Origin: Diplonema japonicum
Lineage: Eukaryota > Protista > Euglenozoa: Diplonemea
DNA: 64,000 bases
Assembly: GCA_964019335.1 (NCBI GenBank)
Contig: OZ025678.1
Coordinates: forward strand, 248,001-312,000
Direction of reading: 5' to 3'
The notes beneath the pieces are model-generated. The model was not told the DNA's origin. It did not search any database and saw only the letters and a list, made by a program, of their open reading frames with translations. Shown in pieces: positions 25,378 to 37,200 of the stretch (positions are counted from its first letter, which is position 1; each line of letters begins with the position of its first letter). A program made the position numbers and the translations under genes.

Positions 25378-26808
25378 GTGTTTTTTTTTTATTATTGTAT
25401 ACACGCGGGGGGAGAGGTGGGGGAAAAAAAAAAGAAGAAGAAAAAAAAAAAAAAAAAAACCGCAGAGTGTGTTAAACAATTTTTTTTATAAAAAAAAAAA
25501 AGGAATAAAGTCCCCCGTGCTATCTTCTCTTCTGACCTGATACTGTGTTTTTTTTTCTTTTTTTGTGGAGAAAGAAGCGGGTTGGGGAGGAGGTGAAGAA
25601 AACGGTGTTACGACTCTCCTCTCTTCTCTTTTTTCTGCGGCTCGCTTTCGTTCGGCCTGAACTCCTACAGATTTATTTTTCTCCCTACCTTCTTATATTT
25701 CGTGTTTTTTTTCCCCCCCGCCTCATGGTCTTTCTTTTCATTTATATATTTTATTTTTTTTGGATAAAAAAAAATGGCTGACAGAGAAAAAAAAAAGAAG
25801 AGAAAAACCACCTCCAAGCTCTTCCTCCCCTCCCACCCCCCCCCCCCCCCCCCCCCTGGCTGTGTTCTTCTTCTTATTCATTCCACTAGAGAAGAAAGGA
25901 AAAAATAAAAAATAAAAAAAAAAGGATATTGCGAACATCGATTCTTTTTTTAAATCCCACAATTGTATTTTAAAAACAAAAAAACTGGTCTGTGTCCTTT
26001 TCGTCAAATTTTCTTTTTTATTTTATTTTATCCAAAAAAAAAAAAGGCTGTGTAAATGAAAATCTTTTTCTTAAAGACTTCAAAGCCCTTCTTCTCTGGA
26101 ACAAAACAAAAGAAAGAAACAAAACGGGAGGGTGGGGGGTGGGGTGAGGCACACAAAGAGGATATATAAAATCTTTTTTTTTAAAAAAATAAAAACCAGA
26201 AGGCACACTTTACCGTTTCCCTCCTCCTTTCATTTCTAAAATATTTGCCACCTCATGTATGTGGCCTATATTAAAGTAGTTACAGGTCCCGAAGGGGACT
26301 TTTGAAAGGAACTAGGAATGCAATGGTTACCCCTCCCCCTTCTCCCCTCTTTTCGGATGGAATTATTTAAGTGGAAAATGGGGGGGGGGGGGGGGGGAAT
26401 GATGGTTGAACTAAGGCTTTCGCTGTCCAGAGGGCCTCAAAAGTGGGCTTTGTTCTTTTATCTGCAGAACAGAAACCGAGAGAGAGTTTGAAAAAAAAGA
26501 AAAAAAAAAAAGAGAGCTATATGACAGACATCATTTTTTCCCCCCCCCATTTTTTATTTTATTTTGTTTTATTTTCCACTTTTTCTTTTCCCCCCCCCAG
26601 GCTACGGTGCACGGGACCCGCTGCTTTGGTTTTTTTTAAAAAAAAATAAAAATAAAAAAAATAAATAAAAAATCTTTTTTTTCCCCCCCCATCCCCTCTG
26701 GTCCCCATTTCTTTTTGTCATCTTTCATTTAAAGAATATTTTTCACAGTTGGGAGGGGGGAGGGTGAGAAGAAGGGGAAAAAAAAAAAAAAAAGAAAAAA
26801 AAAAGAAA

Positions 26809-27355
26809 ATGCTAAGTGAAGCTGGTTCACTGAAGCTTGCAAAGCTAAGGAGAGCCATGCTTGCGAAAGGCTTCCAACAAATTGAGTTTCTTCAAGAGGA
26901 GGTATTCGGGCAAGGCCATCCATGGGCGTGCCTGGCCCTGCTAGGGTATATGCTTGAAGCTATGTTTACAGAAGCTTACTTGGGCCTGATGGAGAAACAT
27001 TCTTGGTTTGCAGTGGGGGCCGACGACTACACCTTTGTCACAATGTTGTGGAGATTATTGAGAGAAGAAGGCCTTCGGCTCCCTATAACGGTCGATCAGT
27101 TCTTCCAGCCGAAGTTCGCAGATGTCAAGATAACTTTATTACTCGAATTCCACGATTTCTTAAAATCGTCCGGTGCGTGCAAAAAAATTCGAAAACAAAT
27201 AAAACCCGTGGCACGAGAGCCAGAGCCTAATTCATCACCACCCACTCCTACACCGCAGCACAGAATGCACCCCACCACCACCACCGGGCCAGTTCACTCT
27301 GTTGCAAAATCCCGGCATTGTGCTAAAGTTTTCAACCCGCTACCTTTGTCCGGAT

Positions 27356-27357
<2 letters not shown>
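26809..27357 (+). CDS. CEP44: CEP44-domain (centrosomal protein 44-like) protein
   Basis: GHPWACLALLGY..DDYTFVTMLWRLLREE..ITVDQFFQPKFADVKI matches the remembered CEP44 pattern GDPAASLPIISY..NDLRFIDAVYKLLRDQ..LTKKQFIQCGFAEWKI. Confidence 0.65.
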
Positions 27358-27407
<50 letters not shown>

Positions 27408-27603
27408 ATGAACAAGAAAAACAATATATTGATAATGAATTGTTATTGCTAAAAAGAGTAGTGGTAGCATTGTTGGGCTTATCCTTCTACAGGTTAACCC
27501 CGGCTGTGCACAAACACAAACAATCAACCGACTCTTTTTTTTTTTTTTTTTTTTTTAATTATTATTATTAAAAACCCGTATTTCCAATCACATCAGAGAA
27601 GAG

Positions 27604-28324
27604 ATGGGGTCCCTCTTCAAGGCGCGGGACTGGTGGCAAACACGTTGTGGAGACAACGAGGAGTTCGACAAGGGGTGCCTGGTGCTTGGGAACATCGACA
27701 ATGACCCCAGCGGGATGGAAAAAATTGTAACAGGGAGCTTTCAAGGGATACTGAGGGTGTACCAACCCAAACAGAAAGGGTACAAAGCGGACGATCTGCT
27801 TCTGGAGCAGGAACTGGACGGGCCGGTTCTACAGCTTGCAGCAGGACGCTTTCTAGCAAACAGCAACCACACGCTTCTTGCTGTTCTCAACCCGCAGAAA
27901 TTTGTGGTATACAGCGTGCAGCGAACAGGAAACGGCGAATCCGGGCATGACCCCCTTGGGAGGCAGTATTCCTTGGCGAAGCAATATGAACAGCTACTTG
28001 ACAGGTTGGCTTTCAACTTCACGCACGGTCCCTTCGGTGGGCAGACGCAGAAGGACCATGTCTGCATCCAGACGCTCGACGGGAAACTTAATTTTTTCGA
28101 GCAGGAGAAATCGTACTTCACACGGTACCTCTCGAACCCCAGCGGGAGTGAAAAATCGTTTCTCCTCCCGGGGATTCTGTGCTACCATGCTGGGATCGAT
28201 TCGTTTATAACAAGCACTTCCACATATGAGGTGGAGTGCTACAGGTACAGCACCTTTGTCTCGAGTAGTGGCAGCGAGGACAGAGACTCAGAGGGAAAAA
28301 AGGTATGAGGGAAATGTTATATAT

Positions 28325-28360
<36 letters not shown>

Positions 28361-28632
28361 GCTTCGCTGCGATTGGTCTGTCAATGTTGGGGAGGATGTC
28401 GTGGACATACAAATATGCCAGTTTTTCAAGACGTCCGGGAGCCCAGTTACCGAAATTTGCGTGCTGTGTGATCGCACGCTATTTATACTGAAGGTAAATG
28501 AGGGGGAAAATATCGAGAGGGGGAAAAAAAAATTTTTTTTTAAAAAAAAGGAAACCGGTGAAATACGGCAACAGCAACGGTTAGACTACTTCCCGTCTTG
28601 CATGTTCGCGTACCCAGTTAAACAGGTAGGGT

Positions 28633-28668
<36 letters not shown>

Positions 28669-28784
28669 ACCACTTTACAAAACTTTTTTTTTTTTTTTTT
28701 AATAGAATATCCACAACCTCCTCATTGGGACACAAGCAGCGTCCATCATGATCAACAACGACATGAAATTGCTATGGTACCTTT

Positions 28785-28824
<40 letters not shown>

Positions 28825-30486
28825 TCTGCGAAGACCAACCACGTTCCGATCGCATTGGGCGTCTCGACGCTCGCGAAGCTAGACGGCTTCATAACCATGC
28901 TCTCCGACGACGGCCACCTCAGCTGCAACTACCTAGGTACAGACCCCGCCACACAACCCACACAACTGTTGGACACGGTATATCACATCAAAACCACAAA
29001 AAAAAAAAAAAAAAGGCCCGTGAGCTCGACTACGATGACATGGACGAGGAACACCGCCAACTGCAGCAACTCATCCGGCAAGCTGTGAACGCGGGAAAAT
29101 CAGAACCCGACGACCACGTCCAACTACAATACGAATGCCCATCACAGCTTGACGCAAACGCACCATGCGAGGCAGACACCTCAGGAACGAGTAAATTCTG
29201 CACTGTCCGCCTTTTCGTCTCATATACAGGGAAGGAAGACGTAGAAAACGCAATACTCACCATAAGCGTACCCCAACCGTTTGAACTAGCACAGAGCTCG
29301 ATTCTAATCGAGAGAATAGAAGGAGGAGGTGCCCCGCAAATGGTCCCGTTGACGTTCATGCTGAGCAATGATCCATCCGTTGCTTGTTTAACACCAACAT
29401 CTCTTCAAGCAGAGGTTATGTGTTGTTACAGCTCGCCTGCAGGCGAACCATTGACGTCGCGATGCTCCTTCTTCCTCCCGATGTCGTTGGCAGGCTGTGC
29501 CATACCACCTGTTAAAAACCCGAATTTTAAAATCACGCTGGAGACCAACCTTGCTCCACCTCCCTTGCAGGTTCTTTTCGACGACGTGATCGGGAATTCT
29601 GGAGAGGCCTCTGTCAACGTGTTCTCTTTCCAATATAACAACAGCAGTGACGTTACTATTTTGGTCTCGAAAAGCGCGAATCGATGCCGTATACAGTCTA
29701 GTCAGTTTGAAGCGTTGTGGCTTTTAATTGCGGAGCTGGTGCGAAGGATGAAAATCTACTACGCGTCGCAGGGCGGGGAGACGTTGAAGATAAAATACGC
29801 GGATTCGCTTCCGTTTCAGGATTATTTCCAAGTTGTTGATACGCATTTCAATGCGAGGATTCAACTGGCGGAGTCGCAGCAGAGGCTTTCCGAGCGGGCG
29901 CATCAGTTCAGGTCTATACAGAAGCGGTTGCTTGTGAGGTTTAAAGATAGAAACCCGTCGCCCTTGAACAATTTGGATAAGCTTTTTGAAGACACGTACC
30001 GGCAGCTGCTCGGGATATCTGAGGAGGTGGACCGGCACCAGCAGGAGATCGCTGTTGCGTCCAACGTCTTGGTGTGTGCTACGCATTTAATTCTGTTGTT
30101 GGTGCAGTACCGCTTCGACATGAAGAAGGACGATATCAAAATTTTCAAACATTATCTGTCGCCTGTCGTCGTCGATTCTCCCACTCAAGGATGGGAAGAG
30201 TGTACCGATGCTGCCATGACACATTTAGTATGTTTTTTTTTTGGGGGGGAGAAAAAAAAAAAAAGCTCCGCACCTCTCTCGCTAAAACGTATAAGGAAGC
30301 CATGTCCATGCCACAACCGTTGCAGGTTTGTGTTTTCGAGGGGAGAAAAAAAAAAGATTTTTTTTTTTTGTATAGGTACCGCCGGATACAAACAAATTGA
30401 AGAAGCATATTGCGCTGGTGTGCGATCGATTGGCGAAAGGGGGTTCTTTGAAGAATGAAAAGCCGCCTACGAAGGATCAAAAATAA
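27604..30486 (+). CDS. BBS9: BBSome subunit BBS9 (PTHB1)
   Basis: Starts MGSLFKARDWW; contains IQKRLLVRFKDRNPSPL and GWEE; ends LKKHIALVCDRLAKGG. Seven introns: 28303-28361, 28494-28550, 28626-28705, 28777-28823, 28978-29015, 30228-30265, 30326-30375. Confidence 0.93.
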
Positions 30487-30901
30487 AAAATAAAAAGGGG
30501 GGGGGGGAAAGAGGTATTTTGATCTGTACTACACAAACCATTTTTTTTTATAAAAAATATAAGTGTATGGTGGGAGGAGGGGGTGTTTTTTTTTTTTCCT
30601 CTTTTTTTCTTCCCACCTCCCCCCCCCGTTTGTCTTAATTTTTTTGAAAAAAAAAGGGGAAAAGAAGGGGGGGGGGGGGGAAATGTCGTCATCTTTGAAA
30701 ACAAGAGAAAATACAACCCTTTTTTTTAAATAAAAGTAATAGAGTCATCTCCCCCCCCTCCCCATCCTCCTTTTTTTTTTTAAATAACCTCCACTTCTCC
30801 ATTTTTTTTTCCTTTTTTTTTTTTACCATTGTTTTCCCTTCAAAAAAGCCCCCCTCCTACTTTAAAAAAAAAACACAGAAGCGCCCAATAAAAAAAAAAA
30901 A

Positions 30902-31058
30902 ATGACCACTTCTTCTGACATAGGCCCGGCAGGGGTTTCGACAATGACGGGGTTGTTTCAAGCCGCTAGATCCAAAAGGGAAGGAGCCATCAAAGCGCTT
31001 GACTTGGAATTTCAAGACTTCAAGGAAACGTCGTTGATAGAGGAGGTATTTTAACAAA

Positions 31059-31101
<43 letters not shown>

Positions 31102-31840
31102 CTTCCCCCCTCCCCTACAGACATACACAAGGAGCGACATCCAAAGCCTGTTCTCCAGCTATGTGAACAATTTGAAGGTTTCTCTTAATAAGCAATTCCA
31201 AGACTTCTCTGCTGGTTTGGCTGATATTTCAGTTCAAATTCTGGAGCAGAGCGACGGGAAGCAAGTCCAGCTGGACATCGATGACTCAAGGTTCACTGGA
31301 GCTTCATTTGAAGCAGACATGCTCGCTTTAGAACAAGAATTGACAGGAAAAACGAAGTCAGGTTTGCTGCCTTCCGTTTCAGCAAGAGGTGTGGACCCAA
31401 GGCAGAAAATACTTACTGTAACGGCTGAAGGCTCCCGTCTGCAGAAGAAGGCCGCTGATATCCAACAGCAGTTCAACGCAATGATGAAAGAGAAGACAGT
31501 CGTGCAGACCGAACTTAATTACGAGCTCGATATTCTTCGATCCATTAAGGAAGTAGGTAGCACGCCGGCAGAGGTGGTCATCCAAAAACTTAAAACGGAA
31601 GTTACAGGGCTTGAAAAAGACACCGATCTAGCCCAAGCGGAGGCACAAGGGAAGATCGGTGAGTCCACACAGTTTCAAAACCTCAAAACCATTATTCAAC
31701 GGAAGAACGATGAAATTAAAACTCTGAGGGCGAGGTATGTTGTTTTTTTTTGGGGGGGGGAAGGTAAGAAAAACAAAAAAAAAATAAGGCTTGAAAAATT
31801 CGAAGTCGTTGCGAATGATGACGATGGTGAAGATGATTAG
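30902..31840 (+). CDS. LZTFL1: Leucine zipper transcription factor-like 1 (BBS17)
   Basis: Exon 1 (not in the ORF track) encodes AARSKREGAIKALDLEFQDFKETSLIEE|TYT, resembling FARSKR..VDSCFQDLKESRLVEDTFT. C-terminus QFQNLKTIIQRKNDEIKTLRARLEKFE resembles AYRNMKEILTKKNDQIKDLRKRL. Introns 31046-31120 and 31735-31788. Confidence 0.85.
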
Positions 31841-32115
31841 TTATTCTGAAATAATAAAAAAGGGGGAGGGTAAAAAAAAAAAAGTAAGATATAACTTTAA
31901 GAATTTGAAAAAAAAAAAAGAGAAAAAAAAAAAAAAAACCTACACTTATTCTTTCTTTTTTATTCTTTTTATTCTTTTTAACCCGGTTTCGTTTTTTTTT
32001 TATTCTTTTTTCTTTTTTTTTTTTGTTCCTTCTTATAATAAAGAAGAAAAAAAAAAGAAAAAAAAACTGGAGGAGGAGAGTGGTGATCCGGCATTCCATC
32101 GTCTGATTTTCTTAT

Positions 32116-32717
32116 TTTTATTTCACTCTTCAGAAATTACTTCACGCACTGGGGGGCCCATTACTTCACGCTAAATCTCATTACTTCACGGTGAAATAAT
32201 GGCCTGTTTTCCGTGAAGTAATAGGGGGTTTCCGTTAAATAATATGCCTCGGTAGGCCAATTTTTGCCTCGGTTCGGTTCCCAGTGGGGCTACTTTTTCC
32301 TCTCAGTTTGCTAATTTCCCCCGGTTCAGTTCAATTGGCCAACTTTTGCCTCGGCTCAGTTCCAAGTTGGACTACTTTTTCCTCCCAATTTGCCCACTTT
32401 TGGCTAGGCCTTGTTCCCAGTTTCTGTGGGTAACTCTTCTGTGGGTAAGGGTAACTTAGTCAGCTTACCCAAGCACCCCAAAAGACTTCAAAATACCGAA
32501 GCAGCAGAAAAAAAGGAGCCAGCGGCCGCGCTAGGTATGGGAAGGCCTGATTAGAGATGGTGACAGTGGCAATGCCAGCGACAGCGGCAGCTCTTAGTCA
32601 ACAAAAGGAGGAAAACCAACTTGTATTGTAACCTTTGTAACCCCTCTCTTGGTGTACCCCTTGTCACCCTGTTGTGCCCCTCGTGGTGAAGTAATTTCTG
32701 AGTGTCGTGAAATAAAA
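32116..32717. mobile_element. MITE-like non-autonomous element with ~30 bp imperfect terminal inverted repeats and subterminal repeats
   Basis: Left TTTTATTTCAC-tctt-CAGAAATTACTTCAC; right GTGAAGTAATTTCTG-agtgtc-GTGAAATAAAA. ATTACTTCACG occurs three times direct and once inverted; no ORF; no clear TSD. Confidence 0.55.
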
Positions 32718-32721
32718 CCAC

Positions 32722-32850
32722 TTACCTACCGCCAAGTAATGCTTTACCGACCTCTCGGTTCCACATTTTACCATCTCGGGCCCTGCGGGCCCTCGACGGT
32801 AAAATGCGGAACCTCGAGGTAACGGTAAAGTCATTACTTGTTGGCAGTAA
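32722..32850. repeat. ~130-nt imperfect palindrome (long hairpin)
   Basis: Paired arms CAAGTAATG-CTTTACCG / CGGTAAAG-T-CATTACTTG and GGTTCCACATTTTACC / GGTAAAATGCGGAACC; apex GGGCCC-tgc-GGGCCC. Confidence 0.8.
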
Positions 32851-32995
32851 ATAGCTATTTTTCTTTTTTTTTTTTCCCCACCCGCCCCCTTTTTTTTTTA
32901 AAATTTTTTTTTTTTTTACAATTTTTTTTTTTTTTTTTAAATGGCAAAAAGGGAAGAAAAAAAAAAAAAAAAAAGAAAACGATGAACGACCCAAG

Positions 32996-34112
32996 ATGAG
33001 AAAATCGTATTTCATGGACAACAGGATAGTAAGGTACCGACCGGGGGAGAAGGGGGTTCTGTTCAAAAAGGGAGATGGTTCGGCCGCAAGGGTGCTGCAG
33101 GCCGAGCAGCCGAAGGAGGTCGGCAAGGCCATCAAAAACCTCAAGAGAAACGGCTTCGACGTCAAGGCAAAAACCTACCAAATGGGCCTCCACCTCGCAG
33201 GCAAGAACGGAAACGTTGTAGAATGGGGACGCGTTCTCTCCCTCATGCACACCGACCACATCAAACAACTCTCCACCGGGTGCTACAACGCCCTCATGGA
33301 ACTATGCATCGCAGCCTTCTGCTACAACCAGGTTTTTGACGTCCGTAACTTAATGGCTAAATACGACAGGATCCCAGACACGGTAACATACTTACTCATG
33401 TTGAAGTCGCTGTCAAAAATATCCGGTGACGCCACGCGTCTTGGCGATGTTGCAACTCAACACAAAGCCTTCACCAGAGCCGTGAAAATTCTGAACATCG
33501 TGGAGTCCAGCGGCGACATCGTCATCGACAAAAACTTCATCACCGTTATGATGCAATGTGCTGCTGCTGATCAAGCGAAAATAATTCTCAGATCCGCGCA
33601 GCTCAAAGGAATGCAGCCCGATAACATTTCATACAGTGTACTGTGCGGGCTTTACGCGCAAATCGGCGATGTTTCCAACGTGTTTCGTATAATTCACGAA
33701 ATCGTGAAATCGGGCTTGAAACCAGACACGATTACCTGGAACACTTGTTTGGATGCTTGTCGAAATAAAGGCGATCTTACTCTTCTTCACCAAACGCTGG
33801 CTTATATGAACGCGCATCGCGTTCCGTTGAGCACGGCGCACCTCACCATTGTCATCCAAGCCGTGACGCCCTTTGTTGCAAATGGGAACCCCCATGCGTT
33901 GCGTGCCGCTGTTATTTGTTTCGAGGCGCTTCGGTCTAAGAAAGTCCTTAACCCGAGGGTCACATCTCGTATGGCCTCTGTCCACGCGGCGCGGGGCCCC
34001 GAAGGGGAGAGCGACCTCAATGCGTTCGTCAAAGAATTCCCCACGTTCATCGCTTACGAAGAGCAACGAGGCATTGGCATGGGGTCGAGATGGTACAGAG
34101 AAGTTCGGGGAT

Positions 34113-34114
<2 letters not shown>
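32996..34114 (+). CDS. Pentatricopeptide repeat (PPR) protein
   Basis: 35-aa PPR-type units: PDTVTYLLMLKSL, QPDNISYSVLCGLYAQIGDVSNVFRIIHEI, KPDTITWNTCLDAC. Start could be ATG 32941 if the poly-A length is misassembled. Confidence 0.8.
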
Positions 34115-34146
<32 letters not shown>

Positions 34147-34298
34147 CCATTATATTTCGCTCAATATCCTCAAAAAAAAAAAAAAAAAAAAAAAGGTGCT
34201 GGGGAGGGGGGGGAAAAAAAAAGAAGAGAAAAAAAAATCGGGTAGAATTCAAATGATATAAAAAAAAAAAAAAAAGAAAAGAAAAAGAAATTTAAGTA

Positions 34299-37200
34299 AT
34301 GAAGTGGAAAATGCTGCAACAGACAAGATGCCTTTGGAAGCTCCACCAGCCGTCCCGTGCAGTTGCATTGGGGTACGAGCTCATCGAGTGGTGCTTCGTG
34401 GCATTAGTATTCGTGTACGCCCTGGCGATGATGGACAAGGAGAGAACGAACCTACGAAATTCCCCCGAAGAGCTGCCTTTCTACAGCAAATGGCCTCAAT
34501 ACGACGACGCAGAGGGTTACGGCGCCCCCGTGCACAATTTCACACTGGACGACATGGACGGTAAGGAAATCTGGTTCGCATCAGGATCCGATCTCCCGGA
34601 AAAATCGATCGACACGTTCATCGACGACTTCAGAACCCTGACAGGAATCCCAGAAAACCTCACAAGGCTGTGGAACAACACCGACGACATGCTAGATTAC
34701 CTGAACAACCCGAAAGATCTGACATCGTTCTCCTCATGGAGGCGATGGTACAATGTAGTCGGCCAAGGCATGGCAGCGATCATAGTGAATAATACCGATT
34801 ACACTCTGTACATTGCCAACTACCCGCGGCAGGACAAAATAATTTCTGTTCAAGGCTGGGAACAATCCCCATCAGTAGGCAACATGCGCTCCTCACGCCT
34901 CGCCAACATTCAAATCGCACTGGAGACTACATTCTCGCGAACATTTTACTCCATCACGACGGACTTGAGATTCAATTACACTCGGTACGACACCGCCAAT
35001 CCCCCGAACATAGAGGATATCGTGAACAGCAATGTTCTCATGACATCAACAGCATCGTCTATAGGCCTGTACGCGCTTGCCTTGTATCTTGTGCCGTTTT
35101 TGAGAATGGTCACCAGTCTGGCACGGTCGCGGCAGATGGGCATCAAATCGTTTTTGGAGGTGAACGGTGTCTCGCTGGGCGCGTACTATCTGTCCTTCAC
35201 CCTGATATCCGTGGTGCCCAGGCTTATCATGATTCTCGCTGTGTCTGCTGTGATGTCTACCATGCTTCTTCCTGACATCTCGATGTTGGGCTTCGCTTCA
35301 TTTTTGACAATGGCGTTGATCGCATTGGTACCCTTCGCATTATTTCTGTCCATTTTCTGCAGATCCATCATCAACACGTGGAGGTTCGCCGTTCTTGTGT
35401 ATCTTGCGACAGGGGGCGTCGGGGCTTTGAACGCGTCATGTTCGAAATCGAGTCTGGTTGACGGCGGGTGTTTTCACAATTGGGGCATCAGTGCCATATT
35501 CACTCCTGCTACATTCGTATCTGGTGTTACCATCTTCACCCATAAGCAAGTGGAGCATTGGAATCACGGTGTGTCCATAACCCATCACCCCTCGCTTGGT
35601 ACCATGTATGCAATGTTGCTTGTCAACACTGTGGTGTATTCCTTACTTGCCTTCTGGGCATCCGGTGTTTTCCTTGAAAAGCGACCCGTCTTCTTTCCCT
35701 TTTCCCGTTCCTTCTGGACGAGTGTCAAGCACATCTTCACCGAGTCCACCTCGTCGGGGATTACCGCGCAGAACGTTTCCGTTGTCATCGGCCAGAAGGT
35801 CATCCTGCGTGACATCAATCTGAGCACCCCGCAGGGCAGCACCCTCGCCCTCCTTGGGCACAATGGAGCGGGCAAGACGACCTTTTTGAAGGTTATCACC
35901 AACATGCTGAACTACAAAGGTGAGGTCCGTCTGTGTGGGCTTCCCATAGAAGAGGCTTGCCGACGCGGCTTTGTCGGGTACTGCCCCCAGGAAATCGTGC
36001 GAACTGACGCCACTGTCCTTGACCTCTTAGAGCTGGTCGCGTGCATCAAGGGGGTGCCCTTCAGAGAGACACGTGCGCATGCAGAACGCGCAGCTGCCAA
36101 TGTGGGTCTGTACGACCACCTCCACCGAGCACCAACCAGCCTCGCGCTGGGCAACAAGCGAAAACTCGGCGTTGCGCTTGCATTCCTTGGGAATCCTAGG
36201 ATCGTGATCCTCGACGAGCCCACTGCGGGGCTGGACTCCCGTTCCCGCAGGCAGGTGTGGGATCTGATCAGGCGGCACAAGAACGCAACGTGTGTGTTCA
36301 CAACACATCTTCTTGATGAAGCCTGTTTAGGGGACACGATCGCAATCATGCACGAGGGACGGCTCCCTGATGACTTCATCGGCTCGATGACAGATCTGAA
36401 GAAAAAGTTCAACTGCGGGCAGAGCTTGGACATCGTCAAGACGGGCGTCAACGTGTGCGACGACAAGATCATGAACGCGGTACGGCCGTACATCCCAGAG
36501 ACATACGACGGGTGCGTGAAGAGAAGTGGGAGAGGGCTGACCATACCACTACCGGATGAAGGCGGCATGCGACGGTACGTAGGGCTGTTGAAAACCTTGC
36601 AGGACAACGAGAAGTGCAAGGCGATGGGAGTGGAGTCCTTCTCGCTGAGAATGACAGGCCTGGAGGATGTTCTCGTCAAGTTATGCGATCCGCTGAGCGA
36701 GACAGTCGAGGTCGACGACGTGGGTTCCGACTTCGTCAACATCACGAAGATAGCATCGTTCAGCCACACCATATCGACGCCTCTCCTGGCACAGTACGGA
36801 CAGCTCCCGTCTCTCCTCTCCAGCCCTGCCGAGTCAGTCAACATCCCTATGCAAATGTGGATCATCCTGTACCACATGAAAGCGCGTGCCACATTCCGTT
36901 CTCTTCGTTTCTACTCTATACAACTCATCTTCCCTGTTGCCTTCATCATTCTGTCTATTTTGTACACTTCGTACGTCAGGTCCACTCAGAAGAACGAAGC
37001 AGAGAGCGTTGAGCTCAGCGCGGCTCGCCTTTCCGACGAGGCCACGTCGCAGATCTTTGTCCGTGGCCCCGGGGCAGAGGCCATGATGAATTTCACAACT
37101 CAGCACCCACTAGAATGGGGTGTGCAGATGGCGTTTTACAACAACCCTCTCTCGGACCTGTACATGAACTCTTCTTCTGTGACGCTTGATGCTGTGGGGG

